Below are positions 62,925 through 64,000 of a stretch of DNA of 64,000 nucleotides, piece by piece. The position numbers and the translations under genes were made by a program. Within the stretch, counting starts at the first letter, position 1. Each line of letters starts with the position of its first letter. The notes beneath the pieces are model-generated. The model did no database searches, was not told where the DNA came from, and worked only from the letters and a program-made list of their open reading frames with translations. Location of the stretch: assembly GCF_963921235.1 (NCBI RefSeq), contig NC_086097.1:30630001-30694000 (forward strand), in the 5' to 3' direction. The stretch comes from Mobula hypostoma (taxonomy: Eukaryota).

Positions 62925-64000
62925 GCCTTCGCTCTTCGCTTGCAAACGTTTATAATAAATCTTCTAAAGACCCAGGCTCGTTGACGGTCCCGGTAAGGAG
63001 TTGTATTCAACGTGACCTTTTTTTTCGCAGCAATGAAACGAATCCAAGGACTGTTTTTTTTTCGCTTCCCCCCCTCCTTTTCTCCCAAGCCCTACCTACA
63101 TATATGTGTTTGCATGTGTTAGAAAGGCAGTGTGTCTGGACCGGCTCCGCTCTAGTGCTGGCTCTGGACTGGAAGGGGTGGGATCTCGGCTCAGATCTCT
63201 AAGCTAGTGAGAGCGTGTGGGGAGGGTACAAACAGCAGCCCGCCTCAGGATAGGAGGAAGAGGGAGAAAACGGATTTAGCACGGCTCAGCACAGGGGCAG
63301 GGTCTGGCACGTTTTTAGCGCAAGACCCAAGTGTTAAACTGCCGCACCCCCGACCGGTGTTAAACTGGCAAGGTTTAAACATGGATCTGGGAAAGATAAG
63401 AGATAAGGCTAGCACGGTTCGGCACGGCACGGCACGGCACGGCACGGGTGGTGGGGGGGGGCGTGCTGAGTGAGGTAGGGGTGGGTTGACACAGCTCTGG
63501 AGCCGGGCTACACACCAGCATGGGTTGCCACACAACTCTGATCCAGGGATGAACGGGACCAACCAGGTTCTGATGGAAGGGTCAGAGGAGTTCGGCTCGG
63601 CACGGATACGCGCAGACGGCCACAGCTCAAGTCCGCGCACGGGCAATCATTGCTTAGCACGGCACGCCTTATCACGGGTCCCCGCACGGGGAGTGCACTG
63701 CGCCGCTTGGGACGTGTCGGGCTAACATAACTCAGTGGGGTTTTGGTCAAGCTAATACGGACGAGGTAAGGTGGGTACTGCTTACAGCGGGTCAGGCTAA
63801 CGTAATTTAGTGGGGTTCTAGTTAGGCTAACAAGGGCGGGCGAGCATAAGTGCGTGCACGGCGCGACTGAGGACGGGTCAGGTTAACGTAACCGTGAGGT
63901 TCTTGTCAGATTAACAAGGACGGGATGGGACGGGCGCCGGGCACGGCTCAGCACGGGTGCGCGCACTAGCGTGCACGGTTTAGCTCGGAACGGGTCAGGA
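62925..64000 (-). promoter_or_regulatory. CpG-rich 5' UTR/promoter region of the Jagged gene
   Basis: CpG is visibly retained here, unlike most of the window, and the region lies directly upstream of the ATG. Contains (GGCAC)5 at 63421-63445 and degenerate repeats. TSS not determinable. Confidence 0.55.
63713..64000. repeat. Degenerate tandem repeat (CGGGTCAGGCTAACGTAA...) upstream of Jagged
   Basis: Unit starts at 63713, 63788, 63874 and 63991. Confidence 0.75.

Noticed and set aside
62947..62960. TATAAA on the minus strand upstream of the Jagged ATG
   Set aside because: Only about 25-30 bp from the ATG, which would leave essentially no 5' UTR; not supportable as a TATA box.

Overview
Eukaryotic, repeat-rich vertebrate DNA. 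The repeat complement suggests a cartilaginous fish, probably a ray (inference). The only host gene I can support is a Jagged Notch ligand on the minus strand at the right end, closest to JAG2. It has a signal-peptide exon (62868-62924) and a 300-bp MNNL/C2-domain exon (62439-62738) with canonical GT-AG phase-0 junctions. I saw no further Jagged exon, so bases 1-62438 are probably one intron of more than 62 kb. That interval holds Penelope-like (RT + GIY-YIG) elements with minimal hammerhead-ribozyme motifs, CR1 and Rex1/Babar LINE fragments, V-domain SINEs with two alternative tails and old Deu-domain SINE relics. It also holds a BEL/Pao relic, a Tigger-like transposon nested in a Tc1-like MITE, an 82-bp hAT MITE and a 5-kb compound (TA)n(CA)m array. 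The most notable observations are: (i) repeated Penelope-derived fold-back mini-elements with a hammerhead motif on each strand, the youngest a 117-bp near-perfect hairpin with a target-site duplication; (ii) 650-850 bp non-coding retro-elements headed by AAGATGGC (YY1-like); (iii) the mosaic JAG1/JAG2 character of the Jagged exon. Family names come from recalled motifs, not database searches, and boundaries of old repeats are approximate.
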